Assembly: GCA_965662175.1 (NCBI GenBank) | Contig: CBFIGT010000061.1 | Coordinates: 1 to 13,911 of the forward strand | Reading direction: 5' to 3' | From: Arcobacter sp. | GTDB lineage: Bacteria; Campylobacterota; Campylobacteria; Campylobacterales; Arcobacteraceae | DNA: 13,911 nt | In this document: piece after piece, positions 1 to 8,005 of the stretch | How the letters are laid out: every line of letters starts with the position of its first letter | Position numbering within the stretch: position 1 is the stretch's first letter | The notes under the pieces: model-generated | Told to the model about the DNA's origin: nothing | The model's input: the letters and a program-made list of their open reading frames with translations, nothing else | The model's database searches: none | Made by a program: the position numbers and the translations under genes

Positions 1-1191
1 ATTTTTATCAAAGCAGTAGAAAACTTCATCTATATATGAGCACTTCTGTAAATAGTTAACTAATTGCTTTGTATTTGAGCTTATTTTTTTTACTCTTGAT
101 TCATAGTCTTTTATTTGTAAAGCTAATCTTTGTATATCTTTTATATAAACCTTGTCACAATGTTTAAAAAACTCTACATTCATAAAAGATAGTTTTGATT
201 TTTCATTTAAAATTACAGCGCCCATTAGAACATCTGCATTACCACAAGCAAATTTGGTAAGTGATTCTACTAAGATATCTGCATACTCTTTTAAATCTAA
301 GTTATAAGGAGTTGATAATGTTGCATCTATAATCAATGGTATATTATATTTTTTACATAAAGCTTTTAATCTTACTAAGTCAACACTTTGTAAAAGCGGA
401 TTGGTTGGAATTTCAGTTATTATTCCACTAATTTTAAAGCCATCAACAGCAAGATACTCTTCAAGTAAATCAAGATTTTTAATATCAGGAAAAATCTTAG
501 TTTGTTCATAATGATGTTTTACTATATTCATTGTATCTAAATATAACCATCCTAATTGAACTAAAATATCTCGTCCATTTCTTCTTTGAATTGACCTTAA
601 ACCTTTTACTACACTATAAATTGCATTCATACCTGAGGGTGCTAAAGCAATATTATCTTGTGGCTGATTATATGCTTTTGCTAAAATTGAAGTAACAATA
701 TCTTTTGCATTTTCACTTTTTTCAATAATCTCTTCATGCTTTTTATCAATTAATCCAATATCAAATAGATAATCTTCGGCAAGTCTTGAAGATAAATTAG
801 AACCCACATGCTGAATAAACATTAAAACTTTTTGTAGTTGACTTGTCCCATTTTGAACTAAGATGACACCAAAAGGTTCATCTATTTCTATTTTATTATG
901 AATATAATATTTATCACTTACAATATCAACTGCATTTTGAGAACTTAAAAGTACAACTTCATAATCATCACATACACTATATTTTTTCTTTATATAAGAT
1001 GCAAGTATTTTTAAATATGGGTGAAGAATAAATCTAGGATAACCTGATTTTATTTTTTCAATTGCTTCTCCATGCCCCTCTTCATAATCTATAACATCTT
1101 GAAGTTTAGGCATAGAAACACTTACTGCATGAATATTATTTTGTGGTAAAGTCTCACCACACTCTATATGCTTAAAAACTTTTTTGTTCAT
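1..1191 (-). CDS. PLP-dependent trans-sulfuration enzyme resembling fungal Str2-type cystathionine gamma-synthase (3'-truncated by the window edge)
   Basis: Not in the ORF track; segments translated by hand. The ATG at 1191-1189 directly abuts the upstream TAA (TAAATG). It reads MNKKVFKHIECGETLPQNNIHAVSVSMPKLQDVIDYEEG...SGYPRFILHPYL, then ITEIPTNPLL, IIDATL and the PLP-lysine motif ADILVESLTKFACGNADVLMGAVILN. The Lys codon at 253-255 is in frame with the start, and the frame is still open at base 1. Confidence 0.85.
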   Translation of the reverse strand, partial: MNKKVFKHIECGETLPQNNIHAVSVSMPKLQDVIDYEEGHGEAIEKIKSGYPRFILHPYLKILASYIKKKYSVCDDYEVVLLSSQNAVDIVSDKYYIHNKIEIDEPFGVILVQNGTSQLQKVLMFIQHVGSNLSSRLAEDYLFDIGLIDKKHEEIIEKSENAKDIVTSILAKAYNQPQDNIALAPSGMNAIYSVVKGLRSIQRRNGRDILVQLGWLYLDTMNIVKHHYEQTKIFPDIKNLDLLEEYLAVDGFKISGIITEIPTNPLLQSVDLVRLKALCKKYNIPLIIDATLSTPYNLDLKEYADILVESLTKFACGNADVLMGAVILNEKSKLSFMNVEFFKHCDKVYIKDIQRLALQIKDYESRVKKISSNTKQLVNYLQKCSYIDEVFYCFDKN

Positions 1192-2343
1192 TTATTTAAT
1201 GGCTTGCTTAATATCATCAATTAAATCATCTACATTTTCAAGTCCAATTGAAAATCTTACAGTACTTGGAGTTATACCAATTGCTGCAAGCTCTTCTTCT
1301 GAAAATGTTGCATGGGAGATTTTAGCTGGAATTTCAACTCTAGAATCAGGACTTCCAAAAGAGCATTTTTCCCCAAATATCTTAGTATTTTCAATAAATT
1401 TTTCTGCGAACTCTTTATTTATAAATTCAGCACAAAAAACACCTGGAATAAAATCCATTTGATAAGTGGCTAATCTATGTTGAGGATGGTCTTCAAGACC
1501 TGGGTGAAGTACTGCTTTTATAAAACTCTGTTTTTTTAAAAATTTTGCTATTTTTATAGAGTTATCCTGATGTTCTCTCATTCTAATTTTTAGTGTTGGA
1601 ATTCCTAAACTTATTAAAAATACATCCATTGGATTTTGGCTTCTTCCATGGGCATTTGCATAATAATGAATCTCTTTTGCTAACTCTTCTGTTTTAGCAA
1701 CAATAGCACCTGCAACAACACTTCCATGTCCTGAGATATATTTTGTAGTTGAAAATAGTGAAAAATCAGCACCTAAATCAAGTGGTCTTTGAGATATAAA
1801 AGTTGCTAGTGAGTTATCAACAGCAAATAAAGCATTATATTTTTTTGCTATTACAGAAACCATACCTAAATCAATAATTTTAAGACCTGGATTAGTTGGT
1901 GATTCACATAAAACTAAATCAATTTTATTGTTTTTTAGGATATTTTCAAGTCCTGGTTCACTTTGAAAATCTGCAAAATGCACTTTTATATTATATTTTC
2001 CTTGAAAAATTTTTAAAAGTCTAAATGTTCCACCATAACAATCAGCTTCAACTAAAACTTCAGAATTAGCTTTTAAAACTGTTTCAAATAGAAGTGCAAC
2101 AGCTGCTATTCCAGTATGAGTACATACACATCCAGCTCCATTTTCAGCTTCTGTAAAAAGGTTTTCTAAAGCTTCACGTGTTGGATTATCACTTCTTGTA
2201 TAATCATAGATTTTTTCACCATCTTGTTTTTTTAAGTCAAATGTTCCTGTATTATATATTGGAAAGTGCGATGCACCATATGGGTCTTGAATAGTTGCGA
2301 AATCTTGAAGATGAGATAATTTTGTTTCAATATGTTTTTTCAT
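1192..2343 (-). CDS. Cys/Met metabolism PLP-dependent enzyme (MetB/MetC family), probably cystathionine beta-lyase
   Basis: Motifs DPYGASHFPIY, YDYTRSDNPTR, CYGGT, ESPTNP, VDNS, FSTTKYISGH (PLP Lys), SFGS...SHAT and VRFSIGLENVDDLIDD. Family is certain; reaction specificity is inferred. Confidence 0.88.
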   Translation of the reverse strand: MKKHIETKLSHLQDFATIQDPYGASHFPIYNTGTFDLKKQDGEKIYDYTRSDNPTREALENLFTEAENGAGCVCTHTGIAAVALLFETVLKANSEVLVEADCYGGTFRLLKIFQGKYNIKVHFADFQSEPGLENILKNNKIDLVLCESPTNPGLKIIDLGMVSVIAKKYNALFAVDNSLATFISQRPLDLGADFSLFSTTKYISGHGSVVAGAIVAKTEELAKEIHYYANAHGRSQNPMDVFLISLGIPTLKIRMREHQDNSIKIAKFLKKQSFIKAVLHPGLEDHPQHRLATYQMDFIPGVFCAEFINKEFAEKFIENTKIFGEKCSFGSPDSRVEIPAKISHATFSEEELAAIGITPSTVRFSIGLENVDDLIDDIKQAIK

Positions 2344-2376
2344 AATAAGCCTAAAAATAATTTTAGGCTTATTATA
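2342..2376 (-). promoter_or_regulatory. Candidate sigma70 -10 box inside a perfect 15-bp inverted repeat covering the RBS and part of the start codon of the trans-sulfuration operon
   Basis: ATAATAAGCCTAAAA (2342-2356), 4-nt spacer, TTTTAGGCTTATTAT (2361-2375). Minus-strand TATAAT at 2376-2371. Confidence 0.6.
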
Positions 2377-2470
2377 TCTAAGGATTTATAATTATTTGAT
2401 ATAAGTAAAATTAGTTTTATTTATTATATTTGATTTTCCATTGCGTTTGAAATTGTTATTAATGCTGTTG

Positions 2471-2503
2471 TTGCACAAAATGAGATTACTAATCTCTTTG
2501 CAA
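2471..2503 (-). terminator. Possible imperfect hairpin terminator downstream of the flavoprotein gene
   Basis: TTGCA...GAGATT-act-AATCTC...TGCAA about 45 nt after the stop codon. It lacks a clean U-tract. Confidence 0.3.
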
Positions 2504-2546
2504 TATTTAAATTTTTTTTCATTTTTTACCTTTGTTTTAATTTATT

Positions 2547-4289
2547 TTAACTATTCAAACTAGGCCAAGTTCCAAAAGGCTGTTTTTCTAACTTCATTTT
2601 TCCACTCTTACTTTTGTAAATATTTACCCAAACTTGCCAATTTTTATTATCAACATTAGGATAATCAACCCTATAATGACTACATCTACTCTCTTTTCTA
2701 TATAAAGAGGCTTTTAGTTTCATCTTTGCACTTATAATCATATTTGTTGTTTCATGGGCAAGTCTTAACTCATGCATATCTGATGCTTTTATATGGGGAA
2801 GATGTGTCTCTTCTAACTCTTCTACAAAAGCTAATGCTGCTTTTAACATACTCTCTTTTTTTATGTATAAAACAAAGTTTGGAATCATAATTCCTTGTAA
2901 AGTTTGAGTTATCCAAGCTGGAGAATAGCCAGCTCTTTTACTTAATGGTGCTAAAATCTCTTTTTTTACTTTTACTATTTTTTTATCTGATATTTTTGGC
3001 ATAGTAATTGTTTGAGAATATTTAGCAGCAGCCTCTCCTGCAATTGCCCCTTGAACAGCTGAACCTGCTAATGATGAGCCAATTTGAGTATAAATTCCCC
3101 CTGACATATGAGAACCTAAAGCATCACCTGCTGCATAAAGTCCTTTTATTGTAGATTCACAAAATTCATTTATAGGGACTAATCCCTCAGATTTATGAAT
3201 GGCTAATCCAGCACTTGAGCCACCAACAGGAGATGCACTCATACCTGGAGGTAAGCCCTCTTTATCAAAAGCATCACCTTTGGGTGGTCCATCTCTTCTT
3301 TCATCTTTAGAATTTCTTTGAAATTCAAGGGGAACAAATGGCCCACCCTCTATCTTAGAGCTTGCCATCATATGTGGTGGTCCCATTTTTACACTATTTC
3401 CACTTTTATAAGCCATATAATTTAAATCAACTCCTAAGTCATGATGAATTTCAACACTTGTAGTTGAAGGAACTCGTTCAAACATTCCATGCCAATTCCC
3501 AAAAGAGTCAGCTGAATTCTTTGCACTTCCTGGATGTCCGTCATTCCACTCTTTTCCTGTAATTTTTGCCCCAATATTATATGCCATAATAGAGCCATCA
3601 TGGGTTAAATCACAAATTGGAAAACCATTTGGTTTAAATCCCCCTGCACCTGTACATAAGATTACAGTTTTTGCTTTAAAGGTATAAATCTTTTCATCAT
3701 CCAAAGAGAATCCAGCAGCCCCTGCAATTTTACCATCCTCTTTTATCAAATGTGTAAGCATAACTCTTTCAAGTAGTGGTATATTTCGCTCATTTATTGC
3801 TTTCATAAAAGAGTCATAACATAATGCTTTGTCAAAAAAACCCCACTCTTTTAATTCATTGACTCTAGCTTTTGAATTTTGTGCTAATTGTCTTGTATAT
3901 ACTTTATTATTTGTTCCTAAAGATGAGTTTGAAACTTTTTCAACAAACTCATCAATACTTAGCTCCTCTTTTTTTTCATCAAAAGAAAAAACACCTTTTG
4001 CAAAAGGAGTTTGTCCTGATGTTCCAACTCTACCTTTTGAAACTAACATTACTTTTGCACCTGCATCATGAGCTTTTACAGTTGCAAAAACTCCTGCCAT
4101 TCCTCCACCTACAACTAAAACATCAACTTCATTTTCAGTTTTTCTTATATTTTTTTTATCAACTTTTACTATATTTTCAGCCCAAGCAGATGTTAAATTC
4201 ATAGAAGATAAAGCAGCTAGTCCTAAACCACTAGCTGAGATTTCTAAAAAACTTCTTCTTGATAATAAGTCATTACTATTTTCAATCAT
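2547..4289 (-). CDS. Tat-exported FAD-dependent oxidoreductase, SdhA/FrdA/AprA flavoprotein superfamily, substrate unknown
   Basis: Twin-arginine signal SRRSFL with hydrophobic stretch and AWA cleavage site. FAD motifs VLVVGGGMAG, ILCTGAGG, GLYAAGDA and C-terminal RKESRCSHYRVDYP. The ATG at 4289 is preferred to the GTG at 4298 because an AAGGTG SD precedes it and it lies 1 nt past the upstream stop. Confidence 0.88.
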   Translation of the reverse strand: MIENSNDLLSRRSFLEISASGLGLAALSSMNLTSAWAENIVKVDKKNIRKTENEVDVLVVGGGMAGVFATVKAHDAGAKVMLVSKGRVGTSGQTPFAKGVFSFDEKKEELSIDEFVEKVSNSSLGTNNKVYTRQLAQNSKARVNELKEWGFFDKALCYDSFMKAINERNIPLLERVMLTHLIKEDGKIAGAAGFSLDDEKIYTFKAKTVILCTGAGGFKPNGFPICDLTHDGSIMAYNIGAKITGKEWNDGHPGSAKNSADSFGNWHGMFERVPSTTSVEIHHDLGVDLNYMAYKSGNSVKMGPPHMMASSKIEGGPFVPLEFQRNSKDERRDGPPKGDAFDKEGLPPGMSASPVGGSSAGLAIHKSEGLVPINEFCESTIKGLYAAGDALGSHMSGGIYTQIGSSLAGSAVQGAIAGEAAAKYSQTITMPKISDKKIVKVKKEILAPLSKRAGYSPAWITQTLQGIMIPNFVLYIKKESMLKAALAFVEELEETHLPHIKASDMHELRLAHETTNMIISAKMKLKASLYRKESRCSHYRVDYPNVDNKNWQVWVNIYKSKSGKMKLEKQPFGTWPSLNS

Positions 4290-4290
4290 T

Positions 4291-4923
4291 TTAAGCACCT
4301 TTTATAGTTTTATTAAAAAAATAGTTTTTAAGTAAAAGTATTGAAGCTAGTAAAATAAGTACAATAATTAAACTTATCATAGAAGTACTCATATGCCTTC
4401 CCATCTCAATTGTATGCCATGCAGCAAACAAAATAAAAATTAAAGATAACACTCCATGAAATATCTTCCACGCTTTATAACTTATTTTTAATTTATTTCG
4501 AAACATTGATGTAAGTCCTAAAACTAAGATTAAAATCCATGCAAATACTCCTAAAAATATCCCCAACTTATCAAAACTTGTTATCATTAGTATAAAACTA
4601 TCAAAAGGGTTAGGGCCAACTTCAAAAAATCTTGGAACAACTATTAAAAAAGGGTGAATTAAAAGAATTGGTAAAATCGTATATCCAAAGATTTTATGTA
4701 TCTTTATTACCTTAAAACTTTTAAAGGTTTTTATTAAATCATCATTTAATCTAGATAAATAGAATTGAGCTATCATTATAAAAAAAGCTAATATTGTAAC
4801 TATTGATATAAACTCTTTTAAACTATCTCTTTTTGGAAAATCCCCTAAAATAAATAGTAGTAGTGGTAAAGCTATAAAAAGTAAGCTTCCTAAAAAAATA
4901 TATATTGATTTGCTATTTATCAT
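4291..4923 (-). CDS. Ferric reductase-like transmembrane di-heme cytochrome b (MsrQ/FRD-type membrane domain, no FAD/NAD domain)
   Basis: About 6 hydrophobic helices and two H-x13-H pairs (IHKIFGYTILPILLIHP; FHGVLSLIFILFAAWHT), plus the typical SYKAWKIFH motif. The start is probably the ATG at 4923, just after the ferredoxin stop; the ORF track uses 4935. Confidence 0.8.
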   Translation of the reverse strand: MINSKSIYIFLGSLLFIALPLLLFILGDFPKRDSLKEFISIVTILAFFIMIAQFYLSRLNDDLIKTFKSFKVIKIHKIFGYTILPILLIHPFLIVVPRFFEVGPNPFDSFILMITSFDKLGIFLGVFAWILILVLGLTSMFRNKLKISYKAWKIFHGVLSLIFILFAAWHTIEMGRHMSTSMISLIIVLILLASILLLKNYFFNKTIKGA

Positions 4924-4925
4924 TA

Positions 4926-5141
4926 TCAACCCCATGATACTATTACAGGAATAGATTTTTCAGGAGTTATTGTTATTGCATCTACGGGACAATAAAGTCT
5001 GCATAAATGACAAATTTGACAATCTTCAACATATTTTATTATTGCTTTATCTGTTTTTTTATCCATACGAATTACATCAGTTGGACAAACTTTAACACAT
5101 GTTTCACAACCAATACATCCGCTTATATCAAAGATTGCCAT
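4926..5141 (-). CDS. 2x[4Fe-4S] dicluster ferredoxin (AprB/AsfB-like)
   Basis: CIGCETCVKVCP and CQICHLCRLYCP motifs. GGAG SD at 5150-5147. No signal peptide. Confidence 0.92.
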   Translation of the reverse strand: MAIFDISGCIGCETCVKVCPTDVIRMDKKTDKAIIKYVEDCQICHLCRLYCPVDAITITPEKSIPVIVSWG

Positions 5142-5146
5142 TTTAA

Positions 5147-5179
5147 CTCCATAATTTGTTTATATGGAAGTTTATAACA
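5147..5179 (-). promoter_or_regulatory. Putative extended -10 promoter (TGtTATAAA) and RBS of the ferredoxin-cytochrome b-flavoprotein operon
   Basis: The minus strand reads TGTTATAAA at 5179-5171, about 30 nt upstream of the ATG and downstream of the mrp terminator. Confidence 0.45.
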
Positions 5180-5229
5180 GTGATTTAAATAAAAAATTAA
5201 TTGTAAGTAAACAGGAGTAAATGAAGTAG

Positions 5230-5263
5230 TTAAAAGCTAATAATTTATATTATTAGCTTTTAA
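5230..5263 (-). terminator. Intrinsic terminator-like hairpin after mrp
   Basis: Perfect 15-bp inverted repeat TTAAAAGCTAATAAT (5230-5244) / ATTATTAGCTTTTAA (5249-5263), 10 nt after the mrp stop. Confidence 0.7.
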
Positions 5264-5273
5264 AAAGTTTAGA

Positions 5274-6392
5274 TTATTTAGCAGTTGAACAAGCACTAAC
5301 ACCTGGAGGTGTTGTTGGTTGGATAGATGCATTTTCTACTTTATCACTTACCTCATCAATAAAGGCTAAAAGTTTTTCAGTTGCTTGCATATATCTTTTT
5401 GCTGAAACTGATTCAGGTTGGAAATAAACAATAGGTTTACCTGCATCTCCACCCTCTCTAATAGCAGGTTCAATTGGTAAGTTTCCTAATACTTGAGTTC
5501 CATACTCTTTTGCTAAAGCTTCACAAGTTCCCATTCCAAAAATATCTGATTCTGTATTACATGTTGGACAGATAAATCCACTCATGTTTTCAACAATTCC
5601 ACCAATTGGAATATGAAGTTTTGCAAACATATCAAGTGATCTTCTTGAATCATCAAGGGCTACATGTTGAGGAGTTGTAACATTTACACCACAAGTTACA
5701 GGTACACTTTGAGCTAAAGTAAGCTGAGCATCACCTGTTCCTGGAGGCATATCAATAAATAGAATATCTAACTCTTCCCATAAAATATCTCTTAATAGTT
5801 GTTGAATGGCTTTCATAATCATAGCCCCTCTCCAAATAAGAGCTTGACCCTCTTCCATTAATGAACCCATTGACATAACATCAACACCATAGGCATTAAA
5901 TGGTTTTGCTTTATTTCCCACAACTTCAACTTGTTTTCCATTTAAACCCATCATACGAGGAATATTTGGTCCATAAATATCAGCATCTAAAATACCTACT
6001 TTTTTACCTTGCATTGCAGCTGCAACTGCTAAGTTTACAGTTGTAGTTGATTTTCCAACTCCACCTTTTCCTGAGCTTACCATTACAAAGTTTTTGATTT
6101 GTGGTGCTATGTTTTTTCCACCTGTTGCACTATTACTTGTTTGTTTTGGTGCAGCTGGTTTTTTAATTTCAATTCCAACATTAGCTATTCCAATTGCTCC
6201 TAATACAGAAGTGATGTTTTTTCTTAATTCAGCTTCAACCTCAGGTGCACTTGATGTTATATCAACAACAACTAAACATGCTCCATCTTTAACTTCCACA
6301 TTTTTTACAAATCCAAACTCTACAATTGATTTTGTAAAACCAGGATAGATAACCTTTTCTAACTCTTTATTTATATCAGCTACATTTGCCAT
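5274..6392 (-). CDS. mrp: Mrp/ApbC (NBP35 family) Fe-S cluster carrier ATPase
   Basis: SGKGGVGKSTT deviant Walker A, DADIYGPNIP, DMPPGTGD, ENMSGFICPTC (CxxC) and an N-terminal DUF59-like domain. AAGGA SD at 6403-6399. Confidence 0.96.
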   Translation of the reverse strand: MANVADINKELEKVIYPGFTKSIVEFGFVKNVEVKDGACLVVVDITSSAPEVEAELRKNITSVLGAIGIANVGIEIKKPAAPKQTSNSATGGKNIAPQIKNFVMVSSGKGGVGKSTTTVNLAVAAAMQGKKVGILDADIYGPNIPRMMGLNGKQVEVVGNKAKPFNAYGVDVMSMGSLMEEGQALIWRGAMIMKAIQQLLRDILWEELDILFIDMPPGTGDAQLTLAQSVPVTCGVNVTTPQHVALDDSRRSLDMFAKLHIPIGGIVENMSGFICPTCNTESDIFGMGTCEALAKEYGTQVLGNLPIEPAIREGGDAGKPIVYFQPESVSAKRYMQATEKLLAFIDEVSDKVENASIQPTTPPGVSACSTAK

Positions 6393-6425
6393 TATATTTC
6401 CTTGAAAATATTTAAATTTTTTCGT

Positions 6426-6431
6426 ATTATA
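6426..6431 (-). promoter_or_regulatory. Putative -10 box for mrp
   Basis: Minus-strand TATAAT about 33 nt upstream of the ATG and downstream of the thiC terminator. The AT-rich background lowers specificity. Confidence 0.45.
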
Positions 6432-6466
6432 TTTTAAATAGGATAATTTTTGTCTTAATTAACCTT

Positions 6467-6501
6467 AAAAAAAAGGTCAAGTTTAAAATACTTGACCTTT
6501 T
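6467..6501 (-). terminator. Rho-independent terminator of thiC
   Basis: AAAAGGTCAAGT (6471-6482) / ACTTGACCTTTT (6490-6501) stem. The A-run at 6467-6474 gives a U-tract on the minus strand. It lies 16 nt after the thiC stop. Confidence 0.85.
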
Positions 6502-6517
6502 ATCTATTTATTACTTA

Positions 6518-8005
<1,488 letters not shown>

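Noticed and set aside
1184..1462. 92-aa plus-strand ORF
   Set aside because: Antisense shadow of the well-supported PLP enzyme; no motif or SD.
2344..2546. SAM riboswitch or T-box upstream of the Met/Cys genes
   Set aside because: The region is very AT-rich with no recognisable conserved riboswitch core.
3829..4204. Plus-strand ORFs 3829-4071 and 3872-4204
   Set aside because: Antisense to the flavoprotein; their composition reflects reverse-strand codon bias.
2547..4289. Calling the flavoprotein frdA, sdhA, mfrA, aprA or nadB
   Set aside because: It lacks the covalent-FAD His and the NRL Arg, has no three-cluster B subunit, and a Tat signal is inconsistent with cytoplasmic AprA or NadB.
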